A stretch of 64,000 nucleotides of DNA from an uncultured Thermoleophilia bacterium (GTDB lineage Bacteria; Actinomycetota; Thermoleophilia; UBA2241), in the NCBI GenBank assembly GCA_963715985.1, contig CAVQSP010000020.1:160001-224000 (forward strand). Direction: 5' to 3'. The stretch's first letter is position 1, and every line of letters begins with the position of its first letter. Shown here in pieces: positions 31,045 to 40,724 of this stretch. The notes below the pieces were generated by a model, which worked only from the letters and a program-made list of their open reading frames with translations, was not told where the DNA came from and made no database searches. A program made the translations under genes and the position numbers.

Positions 31045-32313
31045 TCAGCCCTCGCCGGTCAGCGGTCGCGCCACAGCGCCGCGGGCGCGTGCCCGCCGCC
31101 GCCAGCCCGGTGCCAGGGCCAGGAACAGGCAGGCGCCCACGAGCCCGACCACGAGCAGGACGGCGAACGCCTCGCGGCCGCCGAAGGCGTCCATCGCCCA
31201 GCCGCCGAAGGCCGGCCCCAGCGCCATGCCCCCGTTCCAGACCACCGTCCACACGCCCATGTAGCGCCCGCGGATGGCCTCGGGGGCCAGGTCGGAGACC
31301 TCGGCCGACGTCACCGGCGAGAGCAGCGTCTCCCCCACGCTCATCACGAGGATCAGCAGGATCAGCGACCAGAGAGGACCGGCAAAGGCGGACCCGCCGA
31401 CGCCCGCGGCCACGCACGCCGAGGCCACGGCCAGCAGCACCATGCGGTTGCGGAAGCGCGTGGCGCGCACCAGCGGGAACTGCACGGTGGCCACGACGAG
31501 CGCGTTGAGGGCCAGCAGCGCCCCCCACTGGCCGTACGGGATGCCGAGATAGTCGGTGATGTACACGGAGTAGATCGAGCCGAAGTTGCCGAAGCAGAAC
31601 AGCGGCAGCACGGCCACGAGGCAGAACACGATGAACACCTTGTCGTGCAGCACGAGACGGTAGCCGCTGCGCCCCTCGGCGTCGGTGTGCGCGTGCGGCG
31701 CCGCCGCACTGGCCGGGCGGCTCTCGCGGATCCACACGAACATCATCGCCACCATGAGCGCGCAGCCCGCACCGGCGGCCAGGAAGAGCTGGCGGAACGA
31801 GACGCCCCAGCCCAGCGCCAGGCCTGCCGCTGCCGGCCCCAGCACGACGCCCACGTTCATGGCGACGCGGTTGACGCTGAAGGCCTCCTGCCTCAACCCG
31901 GTCGGCAGCAGGTCGGCGATCATGGCGTTGCACGCCGTCTGGAAGAGGGGCCAGCCGAAGGCGCTCTCCACGGCCACGAGGACGGCCACCTGCCAGACGG
32001 CCGTCACGTACGCGAAGCCGACGAACCAGACGACGCCCATCGTCACCGAGAGCATGATGACCCAGCGACGCCCGAGCCGGTCGGTGAGCTGCCCTCCCCA
32101 GAACTGCACCGGCATCACCGCGACGGGCACCAGCCCGAACACCACGCCGACGACCGACATCGACGCGCCCAGGTAGCTGTGCATGTAGATGCCCTCGAAG
32201 GGGAACGCCAGCGCCGCCGCGGCGACGTAGACGAACGTGCCCAGCGTGAGCACCCAGAACTGGGCGGGGAAGGAGCGCAGCTCGCGGACGGCTCGAGAGA
32301 GGCGTGAGGACAC
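31045..32313 (-). CDS. MFS transporter (paralog of the neighbour)
   Basis: GGQLTDRLGRR, LAPEAIRGRYMG; TAGCAT-N6-GTG leaderless start. Confidence 0.9.
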   Translation of the reverse strand: MSSRLSRAVRELRSFPAQFWVLTLGTFVYVAAAALAFPFEGIYMHSYLGASMSVVGVVFGLVPVAVMPVQFWGGQLTDRLGRRWVIMLSVTMGVVWFVGFAYVTAVWQVAVLVAVESAFGWPLFQTACNAMIADLLPTGLRQEAFSVNRVAMNVGVVLGPAAAGLALGWGVSFRQLFLAAGAGCALMVAMMFVWIRESRPASAAAPHAHTDAEGRSGYRLVLHDKVFIVFCLVAVLPLFCFGNFGSIYSVYITDYLGIPYGQWGALLALNALVVATVQFPLVRATRFRNRMVLLAVASACVAAGVGGSAFAGPLWSLILLILVMSVGETLLSPVTSAEVSDLAPEAIRGRYMGVWTVVWNGGMALGPAFGGWAMDAFGGREAFAVLLVVGLVGACLFLALAPGWRRRARARGAVARPLTGEG

Positions 32314-32399
32314 GCGCCAATGCTATCGAACACGCCGCCGCCGGGGCAGCTGCAGCGGGTCAGGCGCGGCGGAGACTGCCGCAGCCTGAGCCGCAGCGG

Positions 32400-32779
32400 T
32401 CAGGCGCGACGCAGCCGCCTGACGGCGAGGGTGAGGCGGTCGCGGCTGCTCCGGCGCAGCAGCGGAAACCCGACGCCGCCGGCGAGACCCGACAGCAGGA
32501 CGAGGGTGAACAGCCCTCGCCCGCCGAGCGCGTCCAGGAGGAACCCACCGGCCGTCGGCCCGAGGCTCGCGCCGAACATCCACACGAGCGTCCACGCGCC
32601 GAGGTAGCGGCCGCGCAGTTCCACCGGCGCCAGCTGGGTGACCACCGTGGACGAGACCGGTGAACGCAGGACCTCCCCGACGGCCATGACCGCGAGAGGA
32701 GCCGGAACTGCCGGGGGAGGGCGCGGGTCCCGCGCCTGATCTTCTGGAGTGTGGCGCCCCGTCTCGGCGTAGGTATCAC
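32400..32779 (-). pseudogene. Third MFS paralog with a large internal deletion
   Basis: N-terminus ..RALPRQFRLL (compare FPAQFWVL) is joined out of frame near 32696 to the C-terminal VMAVGEVLRSPV..LAPVELRGRYLGAW. Confidence 0.72.
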
Positions 32780-32964
32780 CTCGTTCACGCTGGCTCGCGC
32801 GATGATGGTAGCAGGCGCTGCTGCCTGCTTCGACCTGCGCCCGCGATCCCGTCTCCGGCCGGAGACGTGGGACGCGGCGACGCGGCGACGCGGAAATCGC
32901 GCGGCTTCGGCCTCGAAAGCTGCAGCCTGTTGACGGCGGTCCGGCCGCCGATGAAGATTGACCA

Positions 32965-34018
32965 ATGTTGCTCACCGTCCAGCAGGCGGCGCGCCGCCTC
33001 GGCGTCTCGCCGGTCACCGTGCGCAGGTGGACGGCCACCGGCTTCCTTCCCTGCACGAGGACCGCCGGCGGGCACCGCCGCATCGACGAGCACGACCTCG
33101 ACGACCTGGCGCAGGTCATCGGCGCCAGTGACCACGTGGGTGCCCAGGTCGCGCGCGAGCGCGAGGTGGACGTGCTCATCGACACGTCCATCGCCCTGGC
33201 CGAGCGGCTGGACCTCGGCGAGCTCCTGCAGGAGGTCGCGATGCGCATGACGAGCCTTCTCGACTGCCACTTCTGCGCCATCTCGGCCTACGACCCCGTC
33301 GCCGAAGCCGTGATCACGCTGGCGGAGTACGACGACGCCGGCCGCCGGCTCCCCGACGCCAGCCCCTACAAGCTGCGTGACTTCCCGCTCACGCGGCGCG
33401 TGCTCACCGAACAGGTCACCGTGGTGGTGAACGTCGACGACCCGGAGGCCGACGAGGCGGAAGTCGCGGAGCTGCGACGCGAGGGCGACAGGAGCCTCCT
33501 CATGGTGCCGCTGGTCGTTCAGGGAGACACCATCGGCCTGCTCGAGGTGGCCGACCAGCGACGTGCTCGCCAGTACTCGCGCCAGGAGCTGCGCCTCGCG
33601 GGCGCTGTGGCGGGACAGGCGGCGGTGGCCATCAAGAACGCCCGGCTCTTCGCCGAGAGGCGCCGCAGCGACCAGGACATCACCAGTCTGCGGCGGGGTC
33701 TGGCCGAGCTCACGAGGCGCGTCCCCGAAGCCGCCGGCGGCGGCCGGGCGAAGCTGCTCGAGTGTGGTCGCCGCCGCCGTGTGCGAGGCCGTCGGCGCCA
33801 TCTCGTGCGTGGCGGGCGCCGGCGGCGAGACGGCCGGCGCTTCAGGCCCTGCCGCCGCTGGCGCCCCGGAGCACGGCGCCAGCGTCCTCGTCGCTCGCGA
33901 TCCATCGGGCGCCACCGACATCACGCTCACGGTCACCTTGCGCGACGCCCCGGGCGAGGGCGTGGCCGACCTGCTCGATCTTGTCGCAGCACTCACGTCT
34001 GCCGCGCTGAACATGTGA
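32965..34018 (+). CDS. BldC/excisionase-like HTH plus GAF domain regulator, copy 1 (+1 frameshift near 33773)
   Basis: LTVQQAARRLGVSPVTVRRW..TRTAGGHRRI; GAF with LMVPL..IGLLEV..QAAVAIKNARLF. The C-terminus homologous to copy 2 continues in the frame ending at 34018. Confidence 0.8.
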
Positions 34019-34161
34019 CGCACCGGGCCTTGATCACAGGTTCGCTGCATTCATCGTTTGCTGGTCTTTTTCTCGTGATACTCGGACGCCGAACTTTGCA
34101 CGATATCGAGTGAGAACTTCGGGGTTTGACGGCGACAACACGAGTTGTTAACTTCTTCGCC

Positions 34162-35235
34162 ATGTATCTGAGCGTCCAACTCGCCGCGCGCCGTCTGGGC
34201 GTCTCACCCCACACCATCCGTCGCTGGACTGCGTCCGGCTTCCTCCCCTGCACCCGCACCGCCGGCGGGCACCGCCGTATCAAGCAGGAGGACATCGACG
34301 AGCTCACGCACCTCATCGGCGGGCGCAACCACCTCGCCGCCCGCCTGGCGAGGGAGCGCGAGCTCGAGACCCTCGTGGAGACGGCCATCCTGGTCAGCAG
34401 CCGTCTGGACACCGGCGAACTGCTGCATGAAGTCGCCCGCCAGATGACGAGCCTCCTGGACGCGCACGTGTGCGCCATCTCCGGGTACGACCCGCTCACG
34501 CGCACGGTCGCCGTGCTCGCCGAGTACGACCATCTCGGCAACCGCCAGATCGACACCATGAAATACAAGCTCCCCCAGTTCCCCATGGCGCGTCGCGCCA
34601 TCGAGGACCACGAGAGCATCACCGTCAACGTGAGCGACCCGCGCGCCGACCCCGCCGAGGTGGCCATCATGCGCCGCGACGGCGACAAGTGCCTGCTCAT
34701 CATCCCCATGATCCACCAGGGCGAGGCGATCGGGCTCATCGAGATCCTGGACCACGTGCGCGAGCGCCGCTTCAGCCGCCAGGAGATGCGCCTCGCCAAT
34801 GCGGTGGCCGGCCAGGCGGCGGTGGCCCTGCACAACGCGCGGGTGTTCGACCAGTTGCGGCGCAGCGACGAGGACGTCGTCGCGCTGCGCCGCGCCGTGG
34901 AGTGCATCTCGGAGGGGCATGCCGGCCTGCTGGCGCAGCAGACGGCGGCGGGCATGCTGCAGGCCGCCGCCAAGCTGGCCACCGAGGCCCTCGACGGGCT
35001 CTCGTGCGTCGCCGGCCGCGGTGACGAGACGGCCGGCGCGGCCGGGGCCGGCGCGACAACGCAGGGTACGCGCACGGACGCGGCCCACGTCATCGTCTCG
35101 TCGGCGCCCTGCGCGGGCGAGCAGCTCACACTCACGCTCACCCTGGCGCGACCCGCCGGAGAGGGTCAGGCCGAGCTGCTCGGACTCATCGCGAGCCTGG
35201 TCGCCGGGGCCGTAGCCTCTCTGCCGCCGGCCTAG
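34162..35235 (+). CDS. BldC/excisionase-like HTH plus GAF domain regulator, copy 2
   Basis: LSVQLAARRLGVSPHTIRRW..TRTAGGHRRI; GAF; TTGACG-N17-TAACTT-N7-ATG. Confidence 0.85.
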   Translation: MYLSVQLAARRLGVSPHTIRRWTASGFLPCTRTAGGHRRIKQEDIDELTHLIGGRNHLAARLARERELETLVETAILVSSRLDTGELLHEVARQMTSLLDAHVCAISGYDPLTRTVAVLAEYDHLGNRQIDTMKYKLPQFPMARRAIEDHESITVNVSDPRADPAEVAIMRRDGDKCLLIIPMIHQGEAIGLIEILDHVRERRFSRQEMRLANAVAGQAAVALHNARVFDQLRRSDEDVVALRRAVECISEGHAGLLAQQTAAGMLQAAAKLATEALDGLSCVAGRGDETAGAAGAGATTQGTRTDAAHVIVSSAPCAGEQLTLTLTLARPAGEGQAELLGLIASLVAGAVASLPPA

Positions 35236-35441
35236 CCCTCCTTCCCACACGCCTGCACCGCGTCGGCGGCGTGCCCCTCCGCTCTGCCAGCTCCACGGCT
35301 TCAGCGCACGGCGAGGCGCGCCCTCACGCTCTGGTCAAGACGGGCTTGGGTGGGTGACGATCTCGGGGTGCGGCGGGACTTGACCCGCGTCGATGACCGG
35401 CAAAGCAGGCCCAGACCATGAGAGTTTGCTACCCTCACCCC

Positions 35442-38372
35442 ATGCCCGCCGCTCTCCCCCAGCTCGTCGTGCTCGACACCGAGACAACGGGGCTCGACCC
35501 CGAACACGACCGCATCATCGACATCGGCGCCGTCCGCCTGGGGCCGGACCTCGCGGTGATGGACACCTTTCAGACGCTTGTCGACCCCGGCGTGCCGATC
35601 CCGCTGTACATCGTGCGGCTCGTGGGCATCACCGACGCGGACGTGCGCGGGGCGCCCTCCTTCGGCGACGCCTTCGAAGCGCTCCGGCAGTTCGCCGGCG
35701 ACGCCGTGCTCGCCGGCCACAACGTGGGCTTCGACCGCGAGCACCTTGCGGCGGGAGCACGCCGCGCCGGGCTCCCGTCCCTGCGCAACGCATGGTTCGA
35801 CACGCTCGAGGCCGCCACCCTCCTCTTCCCCGAGCTCGACCGCCATGCGCTGACGGTGCTCGCGGAGGAGTTCGGCATCGAGCGCACCGCGCACCGCGCG
35901 CTGCCCGACGCGGAGACGGCGGCCGACGTGCTGCGCCGCCTCTGCGCCAGGGCGTCGGGCCTGGGCGCGGAGGAGCGCGCGCTGCTCACTGCCGTCGGCT
36001 GGGAGCCGCTCGCGCTGCTCGACCGCTTTCGCGCGCCGCCCGACGAGGCGCCGCCGCCGATCGTCTCCGACGATGCGCCCGGCCAGCTCGTGGCCTTCCC
36101 CGTGGAGGCGGATGGCTGGCGCGCCGAGCTCGGAGGGGACGAGGAGAGTGACGCCGGCGACCTCCCCGGCCTGGCGGCGCGTCTGCCCGGCTTTCGCCGC
36201 CGGCCCGGGCAGGTGCAGCTTGCGGCCGCCGCGGGCGAGGTCTTCTCGCACGGCGGCGTAGGGCTGTTCGAGGCCGGCACCGGCATGGGCAAGAGCCTCG
36301 CCTACCTGCTGCCCGCCGCGTTCTTCAGTGCTTCGCAGGGCCGCCGCGTGGTGGTGAGCACCAAGACCAAGGCCCTGCAACGGCAGCTGGCCGCGCACGA
36401 GCTGCCGCTCGTGGCCGACGCACTGCCCGACGGCTGGCGCTGGACGCTGCTCATGGGCCGCGAGAACTACATCTGCCGGCGCCGGCTGGACGAGGCCGTT
36501 GCCGGCGAGGACGGCGCCTTGCCCGACAGGGACCGGGCGCTCGCCCTCGCCTACCTCATGGGGCGCGCGCGCCGCGGCGAGGTCGACCTCTCTTCCCTGC
36601 CGTACCGCGCCTCCCTGGAGCTCGCGGCGCTGCCCGAGATCGCCCGCGATCTGCGCTCCTCCCGCGGGACCTGTCTGGGCAGGCACTGCCCCTCCAGGCG
36701 CCGCTGCCACTGGCGCGCGGCGCGCGCCCGTGCCGAGGCCGCCCACCTCGTCTGCGTGAACCACGCGCTGCTGCTCACCGGCCCCGAGACGCTGCCGCCG
36801 TTCGAGGACGTCATCATCGACGAGGCGCACCTGCTCTACCACGAGGCCACCGAGGCCTTCAGCGAAGAGGTCGACGCCGTGACCCTCGACCTCCTGCTCG
36901 CCGACCTGCGCGGGCGCCGCCGCCAGCGGCCTCTGCCGCAGCGCCTGCGCGCGGCGGCGCGCGGCCTGGACACGCTCGAGCGGCGTCAGCTGGAGGCGGC
37001 CGCCGACGCCTGCGAGATGGCCGCCGAGACGCTCCCACCGCTGTCTCGTGCCGTGGGCGAGACGCTGGCGCGGCTGGGCGCTGCGGCCGGTCGCGACGAC
37101 GACACGCCCTCGGCCGGCGCCGCGGACCGCGCCTTCGGCGCCGGCGGCGTCTCCGCTCAGGCGCCCGCGTACAACCTGAGCACCTGGATCACGCCGGGTC
37201 TCCGCGAGCACCCGGCCTGGGACCCGTTCGCCACGGCCACCGGTCTGCTCGCCGAGGGCCTCGCGGCACTTGCGGCGGGCGTGGCGCCGGTCGCCGAGGC
37301 GCTGCCCGAAGAGCACCGCGACTTCGCCGCCGCGGTCACGCTCGCGGAGGACGCTGCCCGCCTCGCCGCGCTGCTCGGCGAGCTCCCCGAGAGCGGCAGC
37401 GCGGACGCCGTGGTGTGGGGCGAGGTCGAGCCGGCCGGGCGCCCCGACCGGGGCGGCTCAGGAGGCGCGGGACGGGCGGGACGGGCCCGTGACCTCGGAC
37501 CTCAGGCGCCGCGATGGACGCTGACGCGCACGCCGCTCACGCCGGCGCGCCAGGTGCGCGAGGCGCTCTGGGACCGCCTGCGCAGCGCGGTGCTCGCCAG
37601 CGCCACACTCACGGTGGCCGGTTCCTTCTCCTATTACCGGGAGATGACGGGCCTGGACGCCGACGTGGACGTGGTGGAGCGCGTCTTCCCCTCCCCCTTC
37701 GACTTCCGCCGCCAGGCCGTGCTCGTGCTCGAGCACGACCCGCAGAGCGCCTGGCGGCCGGACGCGCTCGCCGAGCGCCAGGGCGAGCGCCTCAAACGGC
37801 TCGCCGAGGTCACCGGGGGACGGACCATGGTGCTGTTCACCAACAAGCGCGACATGAACCGGGTCGCCGCGGAGGTGGGCGCGCACGTCGAGGACGACGG
37901 CGTCCTCGTCCTCGCGCAGGGCCTGCACGGCAGCGCCACCGCCCTCGCCGACGAGTTCCGCCAGCACCCCGCGACCATCCTGTTCGGCGTGGACACGTTC
38001 TGGACCGGTCAGGACTTCCCCGGCGACGTGCTCACCTGCCTCGTGATCGCCAGGCTGCCCTTCCCCCGCCTCGATCCGCTGTATCAGGCGCGGCGGCGAG
38101 CCTGCGAAGAGGCCGGCCAGCGCTGGTTCGACGCGTTCTACCTGCCGGAGGCGGTGCTCAAGTTCCGCCAGGGCTTCGGCCGTCTCATCCGTACCGAGAC
38201 CGACCACGGCGTGGTCGTGGTGCTCGACCACCGCCTCACGCAGAAGAACTACCGCGGCGCCTTCGTCGGCAGCCTGCCGGAGCTGGAGGTGGTGGAGGCG
38301 GCGCCCGCCGAGATCCCCGCCCTGGTCGAGTACTACCTGCGGCAGCTCGACCCCGGCGAGCCCGGCACCTGA
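35442..38372 (+). CDS. dinG: DEDDh exonuclease fused to a DinG-family helicase
   Basis: LDTETTG, GHNVGFD, HRALPDA; EAGTGMGKS, Fe-S cysteines, IIDEAH, SATL, FRQGFGRLIR. TACCCT-N6-ATG start. Confidence 0.88.
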   Translation: MPAALPQLVVLDTETTGLDPEHDRIIDIGAVRLGPDLAVMDTFQTLVDPGVPIPLYIVRLVGITDADVRGAPSFGDAFEALRQFAGDAVLAGHNVGFDREHLAAGARRAGLPSLRNAWFDTLEAATLLFPELDRHALTVLAEEFGIERTAHRALPDAETAADVLRRLCARASGLGAEERALLTAVGWEPLALLDRFRAPPDEAPPPIVSDDAPGQLVAFPVEADGWRAELGGDEESDAGDLPGLAARLPGFRRRPGQVQLAAAAGEVFSHGGVGLFEAGTGMGKSLAYLLPAAFFSASQGRRVVVSTKTKALQRQLAAHELPLVADALPDGWRWTLLMGRENYICRRRLDEAVAGEDGALPDRDRALALAYLMGRARRGEVDLSSLPYRASLELAALPEIARDLRSSRGTCLGRHCPSRRRCHWRAARARAEAAHLVCVNHALLLTGPETLPPFEDVIIDEAHLLYHEATEAFSEEVDAVTLDLLLADLRGRRRQRPLPQRLRAAARGLDTLERRQLEAAADACEMAAETLPPLSRAVGETLARLGAAAGRDDDTPSAGAADRAFGAGGVSAQAPAYNLSTWITPGLREHPAWDPFATATGLLAEGLAALAAGVAPVAEALPEEHRDFAAAVTLAEDAARLAALLGELPESGSADAVVWGEVEPAGRPDRGGSGGAGRAGRARDLGPQAPRWTLTRTPLTPARQVREALWDRLRSAVLASATLTVAGSFSYYREMTGLDADVDVVERVFPSPFDFRRQAVLVLEHDPQSAWRPDALAERQGERLKRLAEVTGGRTMVLFTNKRDMNRVAAEVGAHVEDDGVLVLAQGLHGSATALADEFRQHPATILFGVDTFWTGQDFPGDVLTCLVIARLPFPRLDPLYQARRRACEEAGQRWFDAFYLPEAVLKFRQGFGRLIRTETDHGVVVVLDHRLTQKNYRGAFVGSLPELEVVEAAPAEIPALVEYYLRQLDPGEPGT

Positions 38373-38406
38373 GAGGCCCTGGGGCCGGGCGGCCCCTACG
38401 CCCGCC

Positions 38407-38799
38407 CTACTTGAGCAGCTTGCCGCTCCCCGTGCCGGCCACCCGGTCCACACGCTTGACCACGCGCGCCTTGGTGCGCTTGCCGCAGTTGGGGCAGGTG
38501 AGCGTCTTGTAGCTGTAGTAGGTGCCGTCGGGGTTCTTGCCGATGGACGAGGTGGTGAAGAAGTTGATGGTGGTGGGCACCTGGAAGGGCTTGTCGCACT
38601 TGTCGCACAGGTAGCCGCTCTTGCGCGAGACGAGGCTGATGTACATCCACAGCCCGGCGAGGATGAGCAGCAGCGTGGGCAGGAACCCCCGCCACGGATA
38701 GATCACCACCATGGCGAAGACGATGATGGCGACGAAGATGAGGAGCTTCCACAGCGTGCTCCACCAGTCGTACTTGCTGCGTTCAACGAAACGGGCCAA
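38407..38799 (-). CDS. Two-TM membrane protein with a zinc ribbon
   Basis: Two hydrophobic helices followed by CDKC...CPNCG. Confidence 0.7.
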   Translation of the reverse strand: MARFVERSKYDWWSTLWKLLIFVAIIVFAMVVIYPWRGFLPTLLLILAGLWMYISLVSRKSGYLCDKCDKPFQVPTTINFFTTSSIGKNPDGTYYSYKTLTCPNCGKRTKARVVKRVDRVAGTGSGKLLK

Positions 38800-38817
38800 T
38801 GAAGTGCCTTTCTCTCG

Positions 38818-39384
38818 TCACTCCCAGCGGAACAGGCGCCACGCCAGCACCACGAACACGGCGGTACAGGCAAGCAGCACCAGGATGTCGGTGCGCACTG
38901 CCCACAGGGTAGCATCGTCGATGATGACCTTGCGCAGCGCGTCGGCCAAGTAGGTCAGCGGCATGAGCTTGACGATGGGCTGGATCCACGCCGGCGCGTT
39001 GTTCATCGGGAAGAAGATGCCGCTCAGGAACATCATGGGCGTCTGCACCACGTTCATCAGCGCCTGCGCGACCTCCATGTTCTTTGACACGGAGGCGATC
39101 GTGAAGCCCAGGCTCACGAAGGTGCCCGAGCCGAGGATCGCCACCACGCACACGATGAGCAGCGAGCCGTTGACGCTGACGTGAAACAGGAGCATGCCGA
39201 CGGCCAGCACGATGGCGGTCTGGATGAGGCTCGTGACGATGCGCATGAGCACGTGGGCGCGCCGCACCTCGAAGGAGACACCGTCGACGGCGACGAGCTC
39301 ACCGTAGCGTTTGGTGAGCCCCAGAAGGGCGATGACGGAGTCGCCGGCGGCCCCCGGCGGTGACGCGGAAGCGGCCGGGCTCAC
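38818..39384 (-). pseudogene. Deletion chimera: ABC ATPase N-terminus fused to ABC-2 permease C-terminus
   Basis: LTKRYGELVAVDGVSFEVRR (sequence just before Walker A) is joined near 39259 to AHVLMRIV..PMMFLSGIFFP..PLTYLADALR..FRWE. Confidence 0.78.
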
Positions 39385-39500
39385 CCGCCGACGGGGCCGG
39401 CGAGGTAGCTCACCAGCGTGAAGATGCCGAACAACGCTCCCAGGACGACGGCCGCGAACGCCAGCGTCAGGAAGAAAGCCGAGAAGAACTGCCGGGCCAT
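39381..39500 (-). CDS. Putative 39-aa membrane peptide
   Basis: MARQFFSAFFLTLAFAAVVLGALFGIFTLVSYLAGPVGG; GGGAG RBS; GTGA overlap with the ABC gene. Confidence 0.5.
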   Translation of the reverse strand: MARQFFSAFFLTLAFAAVVLGALFGIFTLVSYLAGPVGG

Positions 39501-39685
39501 CGCTGTGCTCCCGCTCGTCGTCGCCGTGCCGGCGCGTCCGCGCCACGGAGAGTATGCCATCCCGCGCGCCGATGAGAAAGCGCCGGGAGGCGGTCCGGCC
39601 GGGCCGCCCGGCTCAAGCCCGCGTTCTCGGCGGCCGACGACAGGGTACGAACCAGCATCCGTCGCATCCCTGAGGAGGAAGCCCC

Positions 39686-40360
39686 ATGGAAGTCGAGTTC
39701 CAGAACGGTCCGGCCTTCACCGTCGCCGTCGCCAAGCTGGCGGGTGGAGAGAAGCTGCGCGCCGAGAGCGGCGCCATGATCAGCATGACCACCGGCACGG
39801 AGATCGAGACGTCCACGCAGGGCGGCATCCTCAAAGGGCTCAAGCGCTCGTTCTCCGGCGAGTCGTTCTTCATGAACACGTTCACGGCGCCGGCCGGCGG
39901 CGGCGAGGTCGTCCTCGCCTCGCCCCTCCCCGGCGACATGACCTACGTGGACCTGCAGGGCCACACCTGGTTCTTCCACCGCGACGGCTTCATCGCCTCG
40001 GAGCAGGGCGTGGACCTGGACACGAGCTGGGGCGGTCTCAAGGGCGCGTTCGGCGCCTCGTCGTTCTTCGTCGTCAAGTGCTCCGGTCAGGGCAAAGCCA
40101 TCGTGGCCACCTACGGCGCCCTGCGGCGCATCGACCTGCAGGCCGGCCAGCAGTACACCGTGGACTCCGGCCACCTCGTGGCCTGGCCCGACGGCATGCC
40201 GCTGCAGGTGCACAAGGTGGGCGGGCTCAAGTCGCTGTTCCTCAGCGGCGAGGGCTTCGTGGTCTCGCTCACCGGCCCCGGCACGTTCTTCATGCAGACC
40301 CGCAGCGAGGCCGCCTTCGTGAGCTGGCTGGCCCCCCTGCTCCCCAAGAGCGGCAACTGA
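39686..40360 (+). CDS. AIM24/TIGR00266 family protein
   Basis: AESGAMISM, SGESFFMNTF, VDSGHLVAW, SGEGFV..TGPG..MQTR. Confidence 0.9.
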   Translation: MEVEFQNGPAFTVAVAKLAGGEKLRAESGAMISMTTGTEIETSTQGGILKGLKRSFSGESFFMNTFTAPAGGGEVVLASPLPGDMTYVDLQGHTWFFHRDGFIASEQGVDLDTSWGGLKGAFGASSFFVVKCSGQGKAIVATYGALRRIDLQAGQQYTVDSGHLVAWPDGMPLQVHKVGGLKSLFLSGEGFVVSLTGPGTFFMQTRSEAAFVSWLAPLLPKSGN

Positions 40361-40371
40361 GCGACGATAAC

Positions 40372-40396
40372 GTTTCACCGGCGCGGCCCCGGGTAG
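40372..40396 (+). promoter_or_regulatory. SigB/SigF-like promoter
   Basis: GTTT-N15-GGGTAG. Confidence 0.6.
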
Positions 40397-40429
40397 TACG
40401 TTAGTGAACTGCTTCACGGGAGGTGGACC

Positions 40430-40606
40430 ATGTCACCTGACTCCGGCGAGAAGCCCGGCGCGCACGACCCGCGGCAGGACCACCGCGGCAAGGGGTTGGG
40501 CTGGCCCACCCCCAGCAAGCTCAAGACGCCGCCCCCGCGATGGAACAGCAAGACCCTTCACCACCCCGCGACCCGCATCGGCGAGATCAAGCACGGCAAG
40601 GCCTGA
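40430..40606 (+). CDS. 58-aa hydrophilic basic small protein
   Basis: Strong RBS GGGAGGT, own promoter and terminator; MSPDSGEKPGAHDPRQDHRGKGLGWPTPSKLKTPPPRWNSKTLHHPATRIGEIKHGKA. Confidence 0.65.
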   Translation: MSPDSGEKPGAHDPRQDHRGKGLGWPTPSKLKTPPPRWNSKTLHHPATRIGEIKHGKA

Positions 40607-40641
40607 CCCAACAGCGAGCCGTCGGCGCGGGCGCGAGTGAA

Positions 40642-40680
40642 AGGGCCCGGCGCTCCTCGGAGCGCCGGGCCCTGTTCTTC
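40642..40680 (+). terminator. Rho-independent terminator
   Basis: agggcccggcgctc/gagcgccgggccct stem followed by GTTCTT. Confidence 0.75.
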
Positions 40681-40724
40681 GGGTGATCGCCGAGGCGCCC
40701 CCGCCGAGGGGCGGCTCCCGGCCG

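Noticed and set aside
32871-32893. GACGCGGC x3 tandem repeat as an operator for the BldC-like regulators
   Set aside because: The unit is short and very GC-rich, likely from slippage or chance, and it is absent from the second paralog's promoter.
34014-34038. TGTGA...TCACA as a CRP/GlxR site
   Set aside because: The spacer is 15 nt, not the required 6.
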